Positions 1 to 15,000 of a stretch of DNA of 64,000 nucleotides are shown here, piece after piece. A program made the translations under genes and the position numbers. Source of the DNA: Eledone cirrhosa (Eukaryota); contig OZ024745.1 in NCBI GenBank assembly GCA_964016885.1, forward strand, positions 13,330,001 to 13,394,000, written 5' to 3'. Within the stretch, counting starts at the first letter, position 1. Each line of letters begins with the position of its first letter. Under the pieces are notes generated by a model. The model had not been told where the DNA came from and did not search any database. It saw only the letters and a program-made list of their open reading frames with translations.

Positions 1-3000
1 CCATGTTACAGTGTAGCTACTGACACCTCAGTTAGACTCATATCTCCCCATGTTACAGTGTAGCTATTGACACTTCAGTTAGACTCATATCTCCCCATGT
101 CACAGTGTAGCTACTGACACATCAGTTAGACTCATATCTCCACATGTCACAGTGTAGCTACTGACACCTCAGTTAGACTCATATCTCCCCATGTCACAGT
201 GTAGCTACTGACACTTCAGTTAGACTCATATCTTCCCATGTCACAGTGTAGCTACTGACACCTCAGTTAGACTCATATCTCCCCATGTCACAGTGTAGCT
301 ACTGACACCTCAGTTAGGCTCATATCTCCCCATGTCACCGTGTAGCTACTGACACCTCAGTTAGACTCATATCTCCCCATGTCACAGTGTAGCTATTGAC
401 ACTTCAGTTAGACTTATATCTCCCCATGTCACAGTGTAGCTACTGACACTTCAGTTAGACTCATATCTCCCCATGTCACAGTGTAGCTACTGACACCTCA
501 GTTAGACTCATATCTACCCATGTCACAGTGTAGCTACTGACACTTCAGTTAGACTCATATCTCCCCATGTCACAGTGTAGCTACTGACACTTCAGTTAGA
601 CTCATATCTCCCCATGTCACAGTGTAGATACTGACACCTCAGTTAGACTCATATCTCCCCATGTCACAGTGTAGCTACTGACACCTCAGTTAGGCTCATA
701 TCTCCCCATGTCACAGTGTAGCTACTGACACCTCAGTTAGACTCATATCTCCCCATGTCACAGTGTAGCTACTGAAACATCAGTTAGACACATATCTCCC
801 CATGTCACAGTGTAGCTACTGACACTTCAGTTAGACTCATATCTCCCCATGTCACAGTGTAGATACTGACACCTCAGTTAGACTCATATCTCCCCATGTC
901 ACAGTATAGCTACTGACACTTCAGTTAGACTCATATCTCCCCATGTCACAGTGTAGCTACTGACACCTCAGTTAGACTCATATCTCCCCATGTCACAGTG
1001 TAGATACTGACACCTCAGTTAGGCTCATATCTCCCTATGTCACAGTGTAGCTACTGACACCTCAGTTAGACTCATATCTCCCCATGTCACAGTGTAGCTA
1101 CTGACACCTCAGTTAGACTCATATCTCGCCATGTCACAGTGTAGCTACAGACACCTCAGTTAGACTCATATCTCCCCATGTCACAGTGTAGCTACTGACA
1201 CTTCAGTTAGACTAATATCTCCCCATGTCACAGTGTAGCTACTGACACTTCAGTTAGACTCATATCTCCCCATGTCACAGTGTAGCTACTGACACCTCAG
1301 TTAGACTCATATCTACCCATGTCACAGTGTAGCTACTGACACTTCAGTTAGACTCATATCTCCCCATGTCACAGTGTAGCTACTGACACTTCAGTTAGAC
1401 TCATATCTCCACATGTCACAGTGTAGATACTGACACCTCAGTTAGACTCATATCTCCCCATGTCACAGTGTAGCTACTGACACCTCAGTTAGGCTCATAT
1501 CTCCCCATGTCACAGTGTAGCTACTGACACCTCAGTTAGACTCATATCTCCCCATGTCACAGTGTAGCTACTGAAACATCAGTTAGACACATATCTCCCC
1601 ATGTCACACTGTAGCTACTGACACTTCAGTTAGACTCATATCTCCCCATGTCACAGTGTAGATACTGACACCTCAGTTAGACTCATATCTCCCCATGTCA
1701 CAGTATAGCTACTGACACTTCAGTTAGACTCATATCTCCCCATGTCACAGTGTAGCTACTGACACCTCAGTTAGACTCATATCTCCCCATGTCACAGTGT
1801 AGCTACTGACACCTCAGTTAGGCTCATATCTCCCCATGTCACAGTGTAGCTACTGACACCTCAGTTAGACTCATATCTCCCCATGTCACAGTGTAGCTAC
1901 TGACACCTCAGTTAGACTCATATCTCGCCATGTCACAGTGTAGCTACAGACACCTCAGTTAGACTCATATCTCCCCATGTCACAGTGTAGCTACTGACAC
2001 TTCAGTTAGACTCATATCTCCTCATGTCACAGTGTAGATACTGACACCTCAGTTAGACTCATATCTCCCCATGTCACAGTGTAGCTACTGACACTTCAGT
2101 TAGACTCATATCTCCCCATGTCACAGTGTAGCTACTGACACTTCAGTTAGACTCATATCTTCCCATGTCACAGTGTAGCTACTGACACCTCAGTTAGACT
2201 CATATCTCCCCATGTCACCGTGTAGCTACTGACACCTCAGTTAGACTCATATCTCCCCATGTCACAGTGTAGCTATTGACACTTCAGTTAGACTTATATC
2301 TCCCCATGTCACAGTGTAGCTACTGACACTTCAGTTAGACTCATATCTCCCCATGTCACAGTGTAGCTACTGACACCTCAGTTAAACTCATATCTACCCA
2401 TGTCACAGTGTAGCTACTGACACTTCAGTTAGACTCATATCTCCCCATGTCACAGTGTAGCTACTGACACTTCAGTTAGACTCATATCTCCCCATGTCAC
2501 AGTGTAGATACTGACACCTCAGTTAGACTCATATCTCCCCATGTCACAGTGTAGCTACTGACACCTCAGTTAGGCTCATATCTCCCCATGTCACAGTGTA
2601 GCTACTGACACCTCAGTTAGACTCATATCTCCCCATGTCACAGTGTAGCTACTGAGACCTCAGTTAGACTCATATCTCCCCATGTCACAGTGTAGCTACT
2701 GACACTTCAGTTAGACTCATATCTCCCCATGTCACAGTGTAGATACTGACACCTCAGTTAGACTCATATCTCCCCATGTCACAGTATAGCTACTGACACT
2801 TCAGTTAGACTCATATCTCCCCATGTCACAGTGTAGCTACTGACACCTCAGTTAGACTCATATCTCCCCATGTCACAGTGTAGCTACTGACACCTCAGTT
2901 AGGCTCATAACTCCCCATGTCACAGTGTAGCTACTGACACCTCAGTTAGACTCATATCTCCCCATGTCACAGTGTAGCTACTGACACCTCAGTTAGACTC

Positions 3001-6000
3001 ATATCTCGCCATGTCACAGTGTAGCTACAGACACCTCAGTTAGACTCATATCTCCCCATGTCACAGTGTAGCTACTGACACTTCAGTTAGACTCATATCT
3101 CCTCATGTCACAGTGTAGATACTGACACCTCAGTTAGACTCATATCTCCCCATGTCACAGTGTAGCTACTGACACTTCAGTTAGACTCATATCTCCCCAT
3201 GTCACAGTGTAGCTACTGACACTTCAGTTAGACTCATATCTCCCCATGTCACAGTGTAGCTACTGACACTTCAGTTAGACTCATATCTCCCCATGTCACA
3301 GTGTAGATACTGACACCTCAGTTAGACTCATATCTCCCCATGTCACAGTGTAGCTACTGACACCTCAGTTAGGCTCATATCTCCCCATGTCACAGTGTAG
3401 CTACTGACACCTCAGTTAGACTCATATCTCCCCATGTCACAGTGTAGCTACTGAAACCTCAGTTAGACTCATATCTCCCCATGTCACAGTGTAGCTACTG
3501 ACACTTCAGTTAGACTCATATCTCCCCATGTCACAGTGTAGCTACTGACATTTCAGTTAGACTCATATCTTCCCATGTCACAGTGTAGCTACTGACACCT
3601 CAGTTAGACTCATATCTCCCCATGTCACAGTGTAGCTACTGACACTTCAGTTAGACTCATATCTCCCCATATCACAGTGTAGCTACTGACACTTCAGTTA
3701 GACTCATATCTCCCCATGTCACAGTGTAGCTACTGACACTTCAGTTAGACTCATATCTCCCCATGTCACAGTGTAGATACTGACACCTCAGTTAGACTCA
3801 TATCTCCCCATGTCACAGTGTAGCTACTGACACCTCAGTTAGGCTCATATCTCCCCATGTCACAGTGTAGCTACTGACACCTCAGTTAGACTCATATCTC
3901 CCCATGTCACAGTGTAGCTACTGAGACCTCAGTTAGACTCATATCTCCCCATGTCACAGTGTAGCTACTGACACCTCAGTTAGACTCATATCTCCCCATG
4001 TCACAGTGTAGCTACTGACACTTCAGTTAGACTCATATCTCCCCATGTCACAGTGTAGCTACTGACAACTCAGTTAGACTCATATCTCCCCATGTCACAG
4101 TGTAGCTACTGACACTTCAGTTAGACTCATATCTCCCCATGTCACAGTGTAGCTACTGACACTTCAGTTAGACTCATATCTTCCCATGTCACAGTGTAGC
4201 TACTGACACCTCAGTTAGACTCATATCTCCCCATGTCACAGTGTAGCTACTGACACCTCAGTTAGGCTCATATCTTCCCATGTCACAGTGTAGCTACTGA
4301 CACCTCAGTTAGACTCATATCTCCCCATGTCACAGTGTAGCTACTGACACTTCAGTTAGACTCATATCACCACATCTCACAGTGTAGCTACTGACACTTC
4401 AGTTAGACTCATATCTCCCCATGTCACAGAGTAGCTACTGACACCTCAGTTAGACTCATATCTCCCCATGTCACAGTGTAGCTACTGACACTTCAGTTAG
4501 ACTCATATCTCCCCATGTCACAGTGTAGCTACTGACACCTCAGTTAGACTCATATCTCCCCATGTCACAGTGTAGCTACTGACACTTCAGTTAGACTCAT
4601 ATCTCCCCATGTCACAGTGTAGCTACTGACACTTCAGTTAGACTCATATCTCCCCGTGTCACAGTGTAGCTACTGACACTTCAGTTAGACTCATATCTCC
4701 CCATGTCACAGTGTAGCTACTGACACCTCAGTTAGGCTCATATCTCCCCATGTCACAGTGTAGCTACTGACACCTCAGTTAGACTCATATCTCCCCATGT
4801 CACAGTGTAGCTACTGACACCTCAGTTAGACTCATATCTCGCCATGTCACAGTGTAGCTACTGACACCTCAGTTAGACTCATATCTCCCCATGTCACAGT
4901 GTAGCTACTGACACTTCAGTTAGACTCATATCTCCCCATGTCACAGTGTAGATACTGACACCTCAGTTAGACTCATATCTCCCCATGTCACAGTGTCGCT
5001 ATTGACACTTCTGTTAGACTCATATCTCCCCATGTCACAGTGTAGCTACTGACACTTCAGTTAGACTCATATCTCCCCATGTCACAGTGTAGCTACTGAC
5101 ACCTCAGTTAGACTCATATCTCCCCATGTCACAGTATAGCTACTGACACTTCAGTTAGACTCATATCTCCACATGTCACAGTGTAGCTACTGACATTTCA
5201 GTTAGACTCATATCTTCCCATGTCACAGTGTAGCTACTGACATTTCAGTTAGACTCATATCTTCCCATGTCACAGTGTAGCTACTGACATTTCAGTTAGA
5301 CTCATATCTCCCCATGTCACAGTGTAGCTACTGATACCTCAGTTAGACCCATATCTCCCCTTGTCACAGTGTAGCTACTGACACCTCAGTTAGTCTCATA
5401 TCTCCCCATGTCACAGTGTAGCTACTGACACCTCAGTTAGACTCATATCTCCCCATGTCACAGTGTAGCTACTGACACCTCAGTTAGACTCATTTCTCCC
5501 CATGTCACAGTGTAGCTACTGACACCTCAGTTAGACTCATATCTCCCCATGTCACAATGTAGCTACTGACACCTCAGTTAGACTCATATCTTCCCATGTC
5601 ACATGTAGCTACTGACACCTCAGTTAGACTCATATCTCCCCATGTCACAGTGTAGCTACTGACACCTCAGTTAGACTCATATCTCCCCATGTCACAGTGT
5701 AGCTACTGACACCTCAGTTAGGCTCATATCTCCCCATGTCACAGTGTAGCTACTGACACTTCAGTTAGACTCATATCTCCCCATGTCACAGTGTAGCTAC
5801 TGACACCTCAGTTAGACTAAAATCTCCCCATGTCACAGTGTAGCTATTGACACTTCAGTTAGACTCATATCTCCCCATGTCACAGTGTAGCTACTGACAC
5901 TTCAGTTAGACTCATATCTCCCCATTTCACAGTGTAGCTACTGACACCTCAGTTAGACTTATATCTCCCCATGTCACAGTGTAGCTACTGACACTTCAGT

Positions 6001-9000
6001 TAGACTCATATCTCCCCATGTCACAGTGTAGCTACTGACACTTCAGTTAGACTCATATCTTCCCATGTCACAGTGTAGCTACTGACACCTCAGTTAGACT
6101 CATATCTCCCCTTGTCACAGTGTAGCTACTGACACCTCAGTTAGTCTCATATCTCCCCATGTCACAGTGTAGCTACTGACACCTCAGTTAGACTCATATC
6201 TCCCCATGTCACAGTATAGCTACTGACACTTCAGTTAGACTCATATCTCCACATGTCACAGTGTAGCTACTGACATTTCAGTTAGACTCATATCTTCCCA
6301 TGTCACAGTGTAGCTACTGATATTTCAGTTAGACTCATATCTTCCCATGTCACAGTGTAGCTACTGACATTTCAGTTAGACTCATATCTCCCCATGTCAC
6401 AGTGTAGCTACTGATACCTCAGTTAGACCCATATCTCCCCTTGTCACAGTGTAGCTACTGACACCTCAGTTAGTCTCATATCTCCCCATGTCACAGTGTA
6501 GCTACTGACACCTCAGTTAGACTCATATCTCCACATGTCAGAGTGTAGCTACTGACATTTCAGTTAGACTCATATCTTCCCATGTCACAGTGTAGCTACT
6601 GACATTTCAGTTAGACTCATATCTTCCCATGTCACAGTGTAGCTACTGACATTTCAGTTAAACTCATATCTCCCCATGTCACAGTGTAGCTACTGACACC
6701 TCAGTTAGACTCATATCTCCCCATGTCACAGTGTAGCTACTGACACTTCAGTTAGACTCATATCTCCACATGTCACAGTGTAGCTACTGACACTTCAGTT
6801 AGACTCATATCTTCCCATGTCACAGTGTAGCTACTGACACCTCAGTTAGACTCATATCTCCTCTTGTCACAGTGTAGCTACTGACACCTCAGTTAGTCTC
6901 ATATCTCCCCATGTCACAGTGTAGCTACTGACACCTCAGTTAGACTCATATCTCCCCATGTCACAGTGTAGCTACTGACACCTCAGTTAGACTCATATCT
7001 CCCCATGTCACAGTGTAGCTACTGACACTTCAGTTAGACTCATATCTCCCCATGTCAGAGTGTAGCTACTGACACCTCAGTTAGACTCATATCTCCCCAT
7101 GTCACAGTGTAGCTACTGACACCTCAGTTAGACTTATATCTCCCCATGTCACAGTGTAGCTACTGACACTTCAGTTAGACTCATATCTCCCCATGTCACA
7201 GTGTAGCTACTGACACCTCAGTTAGACTCATATCTCCCCATGTCACAGTGTAGCTACTGACACTTCAGTTAGACTAATATCTCCCCATGTCACAGTGTAG
7301 ATACTGACACCTCAGTTAGACTCATATCTCCCCATGTTACAGTGTAGCTACTGACACCTCAGTTAGACTCATATCTCCCCATGTCACAGTGTAGCTATTG
7401 ACACTTCAGTTAGACTCATATCTCCCCATGTCACAGTGTAGCTACTGACACTTCAGTTAAACTCATATCTCCCCATGTCACAGTGTAGCTACTGACACCT
7501 CAGTTAGACTCATATCTCCCCATGTCACAGTATAGCTACTGACACTTCAGTTAGACTCATATCTCCCCATGTCACAGTGTAGCTACTGACACCTCAGTTA
7601 GACTCATATCTCCCCATGTCACAGTGTAGCTACTAACACCTCAGTTAGGCTCATATCTCCCCATGTCACAGTGTAGCTACTGACACCTCAGTTAGACTCA
7701 TATCTCCCCATGTCACAGTGTAGCTACTGACACCTCAGTTAGACTCATATCTCCCCATGTCACAGTGTAGCTACTGACACCTCAGTTAGACTCATATCTC
7801 CCCATGTCACAGTGTAGCTACTGACACTTCAGTTAGACTCATATCTCCCCATGTCACAGTGTAGATACTGACACCTCAGTTAGACTCATATCTCCCCATG
7901 TTACAGTGTAGCTACTGACACCTCAGTTAGACTCATATCTCCCCATGTCACAGTGTAGCTATTGACAATTCAGTTAGACTCATATCTCCCCATGTCACAG
8001 TGTAGCTACTGACACTTCAGTTAGACTCATATCTCAACATGTCACAGTGTAGCTACTGACACCTCAGTTAGACTCATATCTCCCCATGTCACAGTGTAGC
8101 TACTGACACTTCAGTTAGCCTCATATCTCCCCATGTCACAGTGTAGCTACTGACACTTCAGTTAGACTCATATCTTCCCATGTCACAGTGTAGCTACTGA
8201 CACCTCAGTTAAACTCATATCTCCCCATGTCACAGTGTAGCTACTGACACCTCAGTTAGGCTCATATCTCCCCATGTCACAGTGTAGCTACTGACACCTC
8301 AGTTAGACTCATATCTCCCCATGTCACAGTGTAGCTATTGACACTTCAGTTAGACTTATATCTCCCCATGTCACACTGTAGCTACTGACACTTCAGTTAG
8401 ACACATATCTCCCCATGTCACAGTGTAGCTACTGACACCTCAGTTAGACTCATATCTCCCCATGTCACAGTGTAGCTATTGTCACTTCAGTTAGACTCAT
8501 ATCTCCCCATGTCACAGTGTAGCTACTGACACTTCAGTTAGACTCATATCTCCCCAGGTCACAGTGTAGATACTGACACCTCAGTTAGACTCATATCTCC
8601 CCATGTCACAGTGTAGCTACTGACACCTCAGTTAGGCTCATATCTCCCCATGTCACAGTGTAGCTACTGACACCTCAGTTAGACTCATATCTCCCCATGT
8701 CACAGTGTAGCTACTGAGACCTCAGTTAGACTCATATCTCCCCATGTCACAGTGTAGCTACTGACACTTCAGTTAGACTCATATCTCCCCATGTCACAGT
8801 GTAGATACTGACACCTCAGTTAGACTCATATCTCCCCATGTTACAGTGTAGCTACTGACACCTCAGTTAGACTCATATCTGCCCATGTCACAGTGTAGCT
8901 ATTGACACTTCAGTTAGACTCATATCTCCCCATGTCACAGTGTAGCTACTGACACTTCAGTTATACTCATATCTCCCCATGTCACAGTGTAGCTACTGAC

Positions 9001-12000
9001 ACCTCAGTTAGACTCATATCTCCCCATGTCACAGTATAGCTACTGACACTTCAGTTAGACTCATATCTCCCCATGTCACAGTATAGCTACTGACACCTCA
9101 GTTAGACTCATATCTCCCCATGTCACAGTGTAGCTACTGACACCTCAGTTAGGCTCATATCTCCCCCTGTCACAGTGTAGCTACTGACACCTCAGTTAGA
9201 CTCATATCTCCCCATGTCACAGTGTAGCTACTGACACCTCAGTTAGACTCATATCTCGCCATGTCACAGTGTAGCTACTGACACCTCAGTTAGACTCATA
9301 TCTCCCCATGTCACAGTGTAGCTACTGACACTTCAGTTAGACTCATATCTCGCCATGTCACAGTGTAGATACTGACACCTCAGTTAGACTCATATCTCCC
9401 TATGTTACAGTGTAGCTACTGACACCTCAGTTAGACTCATATCTCGCCATGTCACAGTGTAGCTATTGACACTTCTGTTAGACTCATATCTCCCCATGTC
9501 ACAGTGTAGCTACTGACACTTCAGTTAGACTCATATCTCCCCATGTCACAGTGTAGCTACTGACACCTCAGTTAGACTCATATCTCCCCATGTCACAGTG
9601 TAGCTACTGACACTTCAGTTAGACTCATATCTCCCCATGTCACAGTGTAGCTACTGACACTTCAGTTAGACTCATATCTCCCCATGTCACAGTGTAGCTA
9701 CCGACACTTCAGTTAGACTCATATCTCCCCATGTCACAGTGTAGCTACTGACACCTCAGTTAGACTCATATCTCCCCATGTCACAGTATAGCTACTGACA
9801 CTTCAGTTAGACTCATATCTCCCCATGTCACGGTGTAGCTACTGACACTTCAGTTAGACTCATATCTCCCCATGTCAGAGTGTAGCTACTGACACCTCAG
9901 TTAGACTCATATCTCCCCATGTCACAGTGTAGCTACTGACACCTCAGTTAGACTTATATCTCCCCATGTCACAGTGTAGCTACTGACACCTCAGTTAGAC
10001 TCATTTCTCCCCATGTCACAGTGTAGCTACTGACACCTCAGTTAGACTCATATCTCCCCATGTCACAGTGTAGCTACTGACACCTCAGTTAGACTCATAT
10101 ATTCCCATGTCACATGTAGCTACTGACACCTCAGTTAGACTCATATCTCCCCATGTCACAGTGTAGCTACTGACACCTCAGTTAGACTCATATCTCCCCA
10201 TGTCACAGTGTAGCTACTGACACCTCAATTAGGCTCATATCTCCCCATGTCACAGTGTAGCTACTGACACTTCAGTTAGACTCATATCTCCCCATGTCAC
10301 ACTGTAGCTACTGACACCTCAGTTAGACTAATATCTCCCCATGTCACAGTGTAGCTATTGACACTTCAGTTAGACTCATATCTCCCCATGTCACAGTGTA
10401 GCTACTGACACTTCAGTTAGACTCATATCTCCCCATTTCACAGTGTGGCTACTGACACCTCAGTTAGACTTATATCTCCCCATGTCACAGTGTAGCTACT
10501 GACACTTCAGTTAGACTCATATCTCCCCATGTCACAGTGTAGCTACTGACACTTCAGTTAGACTCATATCTTCCCATGTCACAGTGTAGCTACTGACACC
10601 TCAGTTAGACTCATATCTCCCCTTGTCACAGTGTAGCTACTGACACCTCAGTTAGTCTCATATCTCCCCATGTCACAGTGTAGCTACTGACACCTCAGTT
10701 AGACTCATATCTCCCCATGTCACAGTATAGCTACTGACACTTCAGTTAGACTCATATCTCCACATGTCACAGTGTAGCTACTGACATTTCAGTTAGACTC
10801 ATATCTTCCCATGTCACAGTGTAGCTACTGACATTTCAGTTAGACTCATATCTTCCCATGTCACAGTGTAGCTACTGACATTTCAGTTAGACTCATATCT
10901 CCCCATGTCACAGTGTAGCTACTGATACCTCAGTTAGACCCATATCTCCCCTTGTCACAGTGTAGCTACTGACACCTCAGTTAGTCTCATATCTCCCCAT
11001 GTCACAGTGTAGCTACTGACACCTCAGTTAGACTCATATCTCCACATGTCAGAGTGTAGCTACTGACATTTCAGTTAGACTCATATCTTCCCATGTCACA
11101 GTGTAGCTACTGACATTTCTGTTAGACTCATATCTTCCCATGTCACAGTGTAGCTACTGACATTTCAGTTAAACTCATATCACCCCATGTCACAGTGTAG
11201 CTACTGACACCTCAGTTAGACTCATATCTCCCCATGTCACAGTGTAGCTACTGACACTTCAGTTAGACTCATATCACCACATGTCACAGTGTAGCTACTG
11301 ACACTTCAGTTAGACTCATATCTTCCCATGTCACAGTGTAGCTACTGACACCTCAGTTAGACTCATATCTCCCCTTGTCACAGTGTAGCTACTGACACCT
11401 CAGTTAGTCTCATATCTCCCCATGTCACAGTGTAGCTACTGACACCTCAGTTAGACTCATATCTCCCCATGTCACAGTGTAGCTACTGACACCTCAGTTA
11501 GACTCATATCTCCACATGTCAGAGTGTAGCTACTGACACCTCAGTTAGACTCATATCTCCCCATGTTACAGTGTAGCTACTGACACTTCAGTTAGACTCA
11601 TATCTCCACATGTCACAGTGTAGCTACTGACACTTCAGTTAGACTCATATCTTCCCATGTCACAGTGTAGCTACTGACACCTCAGTTAGACTCATATCTC
11701 CCCTTGTCACAGTGTAGCTACTGACACCTCAGTTAGTCTCATATCTCCCCATGTCACAGTGTAGCTACTGACACCTCAGTTAGACTCATATCTCCCCATG
11801 TCACAGTGTAGCTACTGACACCTCAGTTAGACTCATATCTCCCCATGTCACAGTGTAGCTATTGACACTTCAGTTAGACTCATATCTCCCCATGTCACAG
11901 TGTAGCTACTGACACTTCAGTTAGACTCATATCTCCCCATGTCACAGTGTAGCTACTGACACCTCAGTTAGACTCATATCTCCCCATGTCACAGTGTAGC

Positions 12001-15000
12001 TACTGACACTTCAGTTAGACTCATATCTCCCCATGTCACAGTGTAGATACTGACACCTCAGTTAGACTCATATCTCCCCATGTTACAGTGTAGCTACTGA
12101 CACCTCAGTTAGACTCATATCTCCCCATGTCACAGTGTAGCTATTGACACTTCAGTTAGACTCATATCTCCCCATGTCACAGTGTAGCTACTGACACTTC
12201 AGTTAGACTCATATCTCCCCATGTCACGGTGTAGCTACTGACACCTCAGTTAGACTCATATCTCCCCATGTCACAGTATAGCTACTGACACTTCAGTTAG
12301 ACTCATATCTCCCCATGTCACAGTGAAGCTACTGACACTTCAGTTAGACTCATATCTCCCCATGTCACAGTGTAGCTACTGACACTTCAGTTAGACTCAT
12401 ATCTTCCCATGTCACAGTGTAGCTACTGACACCTCAGTTAGACTCATATCTCCCCTTGTCACAGTGTAGCTACTGACACCTCAGTTAGTCTCATATCTCC
12501 CCATGTCACAGTGTAGCTACTGACACCTCAGTTAGACTCATATCTCCCCATGTCACAGTATAGCTACTGACACTTCAGTTAGACTCATATCTCCACATGT
12601 CACAGTGTAGCTACTGACATTTCAGTTAGACTCATATCTTCCCATGTCACAGTGTAGCTACTGACATTTCAGTTAGACTCATATCTCCCCATGTCACAGT
12701 GTAGCTACTGATACCTCAGTTAGACCCATATCTCCCCTTGTCACAGTGTAGCTACTGACACCTCAGTTAGTCTCATATCTCCCCATGTCACAGTGTAGCT
12801 ACTGACACCTCAGTTAGACTCATATCTCCACATGTCAGAGTGTAGCTACTGACATTTCAGTTAGACTCATATCTTCCCATGTCACAGTGTAGCTACTGAC
12901 ATTTCAGTTAGACTCATATCTTCCCATGTCACAGTGTAGCTACTGACATTTCAGTTAAACTCATATCACCCCATGTCACAGTGTAGCTACTGACACCTCA
13001 GTTAGACTCATATCTCCCCATGTCACAGTGTAGCTACTGACACTTCAGTTAGACTCATATCACCACATGTCACAGTGTAGCTACTGACACTTCAGTTAGA
13101 CTCATATCTTCCCATGTCACAGTGTAGCTACTGACACCTCAGTTAGACTCATATCTCCCCTTGTCACAGTGTAGCTACTGACACCTCAGTTAGTCTCATA
13201 TCTCCCCATGTCACAGTGTAGCTACTGACACCTCAGTTAGACTCATATCTCCCCATGTCACAGTGTAGCTACTGACACCTCAGTTAGACTCATATCTCCA
13301 CATGTCAGAGTGTAGCTACTGACACCTCAGTTAGACTCATATCTCCCCATGTTACAGTGTAGCTACTGACACTTCAGTTAGACTCATATCTCCACATGTC
13401 ACAGTGTAGCTACTGACACTTCAGTTAGACTCATATCTTCCCATGTCACAGTGTAGCTACTGACACCTCAGTTAGACTCATATCTCCCCTTGTCACAGTG
13501 TAGCTACTGACACCTCAGTTAGTCTCATATCTCCCCATGTCACAGTGTAGCTACTGACACCTCAGTTAGACTCATATCTCCCCATGTCACAGTGTAGCTA
13601 CTGACACCTCAGTTAGACTCATATCTCCCCATGTCACAGTGTAGCTATTGACACTTCAGTTAGACTCATATCTCCCCATGTCACAGTGTAGCTACTGACA
13701 CTTCAGTTAGACTCATATCTCCCCATGTCACAGTGTAGCTACTGACACCTCAGTTAGACTCATATCTCCCCATGTCACAGTGTAGCTACTGACACTTCAG
13801 TTAGACTCATATCTCCCCATGTCACAGTGTAGATACTGACACCTCAGTTAGACTCATATCTCCCCATGTTACAGTGTAGCTACTGACACCTCAGTTAGAC
13901 TCATATCTCCCCATGTCACAGTGTAGCTATTGACACTTCAGTTAGACTCATATCTCCCCATGTCACAGTGTAGCTACTGACACTTCAGTTAGACTCATAT
14001 CTCCCCATGTCACGGTGTAGCTACTGACACCTCAGTTAGACTCATATCTCCCCATGTCACAGTATAGCTACTGACACTTCAGTTAGACTCATATCTCCCC
14101 ATGTCACAGTGAAGCTACTGACACTTCAGTTAGACTCATATCTCCCCATGTCACAGTGTAGCTACTGACACTTCAGTTAGACTCATATCTTCCCATGTCA
14201 CAGTGTAGCTACTGACACCTCAGTTAGACTCGTATCTCCCCTTGTCACAGTGTAGCTACTGACACCTCAGTTAGTCTCATATCTCCCCATGTCACAGTGT
14301 AGCTACTGACACCTCAGTTAGACTCATATCTCCCCATGTCACAGTATAGCTACTGACACTTCAGTTAGACTCATATCTCCACATGTCACAGTGTAGCTAC
14401 TGACATTTCAGTTAGACTCATATCTTCCCATGTCACAGTGTAGCTACTGACATTTCAGTTAGACTCATATCTTCCCATGTCACAGTGTAGCTACTGACAT
14501 TTCAGTTAGACTCATATCTCCCCATGTCACAGTGTAGCTACTGACACTTCAGTTAGACTCATATCTCCACATGTCACAGTGTAGCTACTGACACTTCAGT
14601 TAGACTCATATCTTCCCATGTCACAGTGTAGCTACTGACACCTCAGTTAGACTCATATCTCCCCTTGTCACAGTGTAGCTACTGACACCTCAGTTAGTCT
14701 CATATCTCCCCATGTCACAGTGTAGCTACTGACACCTCAGTTAGACCCATATCTCCCCTTGTCACAGTGTAGCTACTGACACCTCAGTTAGACTCATATC
14801 TCCCCAAGTCACAGTGTAGCTACTGACACCTCAGTTAGACTCATATCTCCCCATGTCACAGTGTAGCTACTGACACCTCAGTTAGACTCATATCTCCCCT
14901 TGTCACAGTGTAGCTACTGACACCTCAGTTAGCCTCATATCTCCCCATGTCACAGTGTAGCTACTGACACCTCAGTTAGACTCATATCTCCCCATGTCAC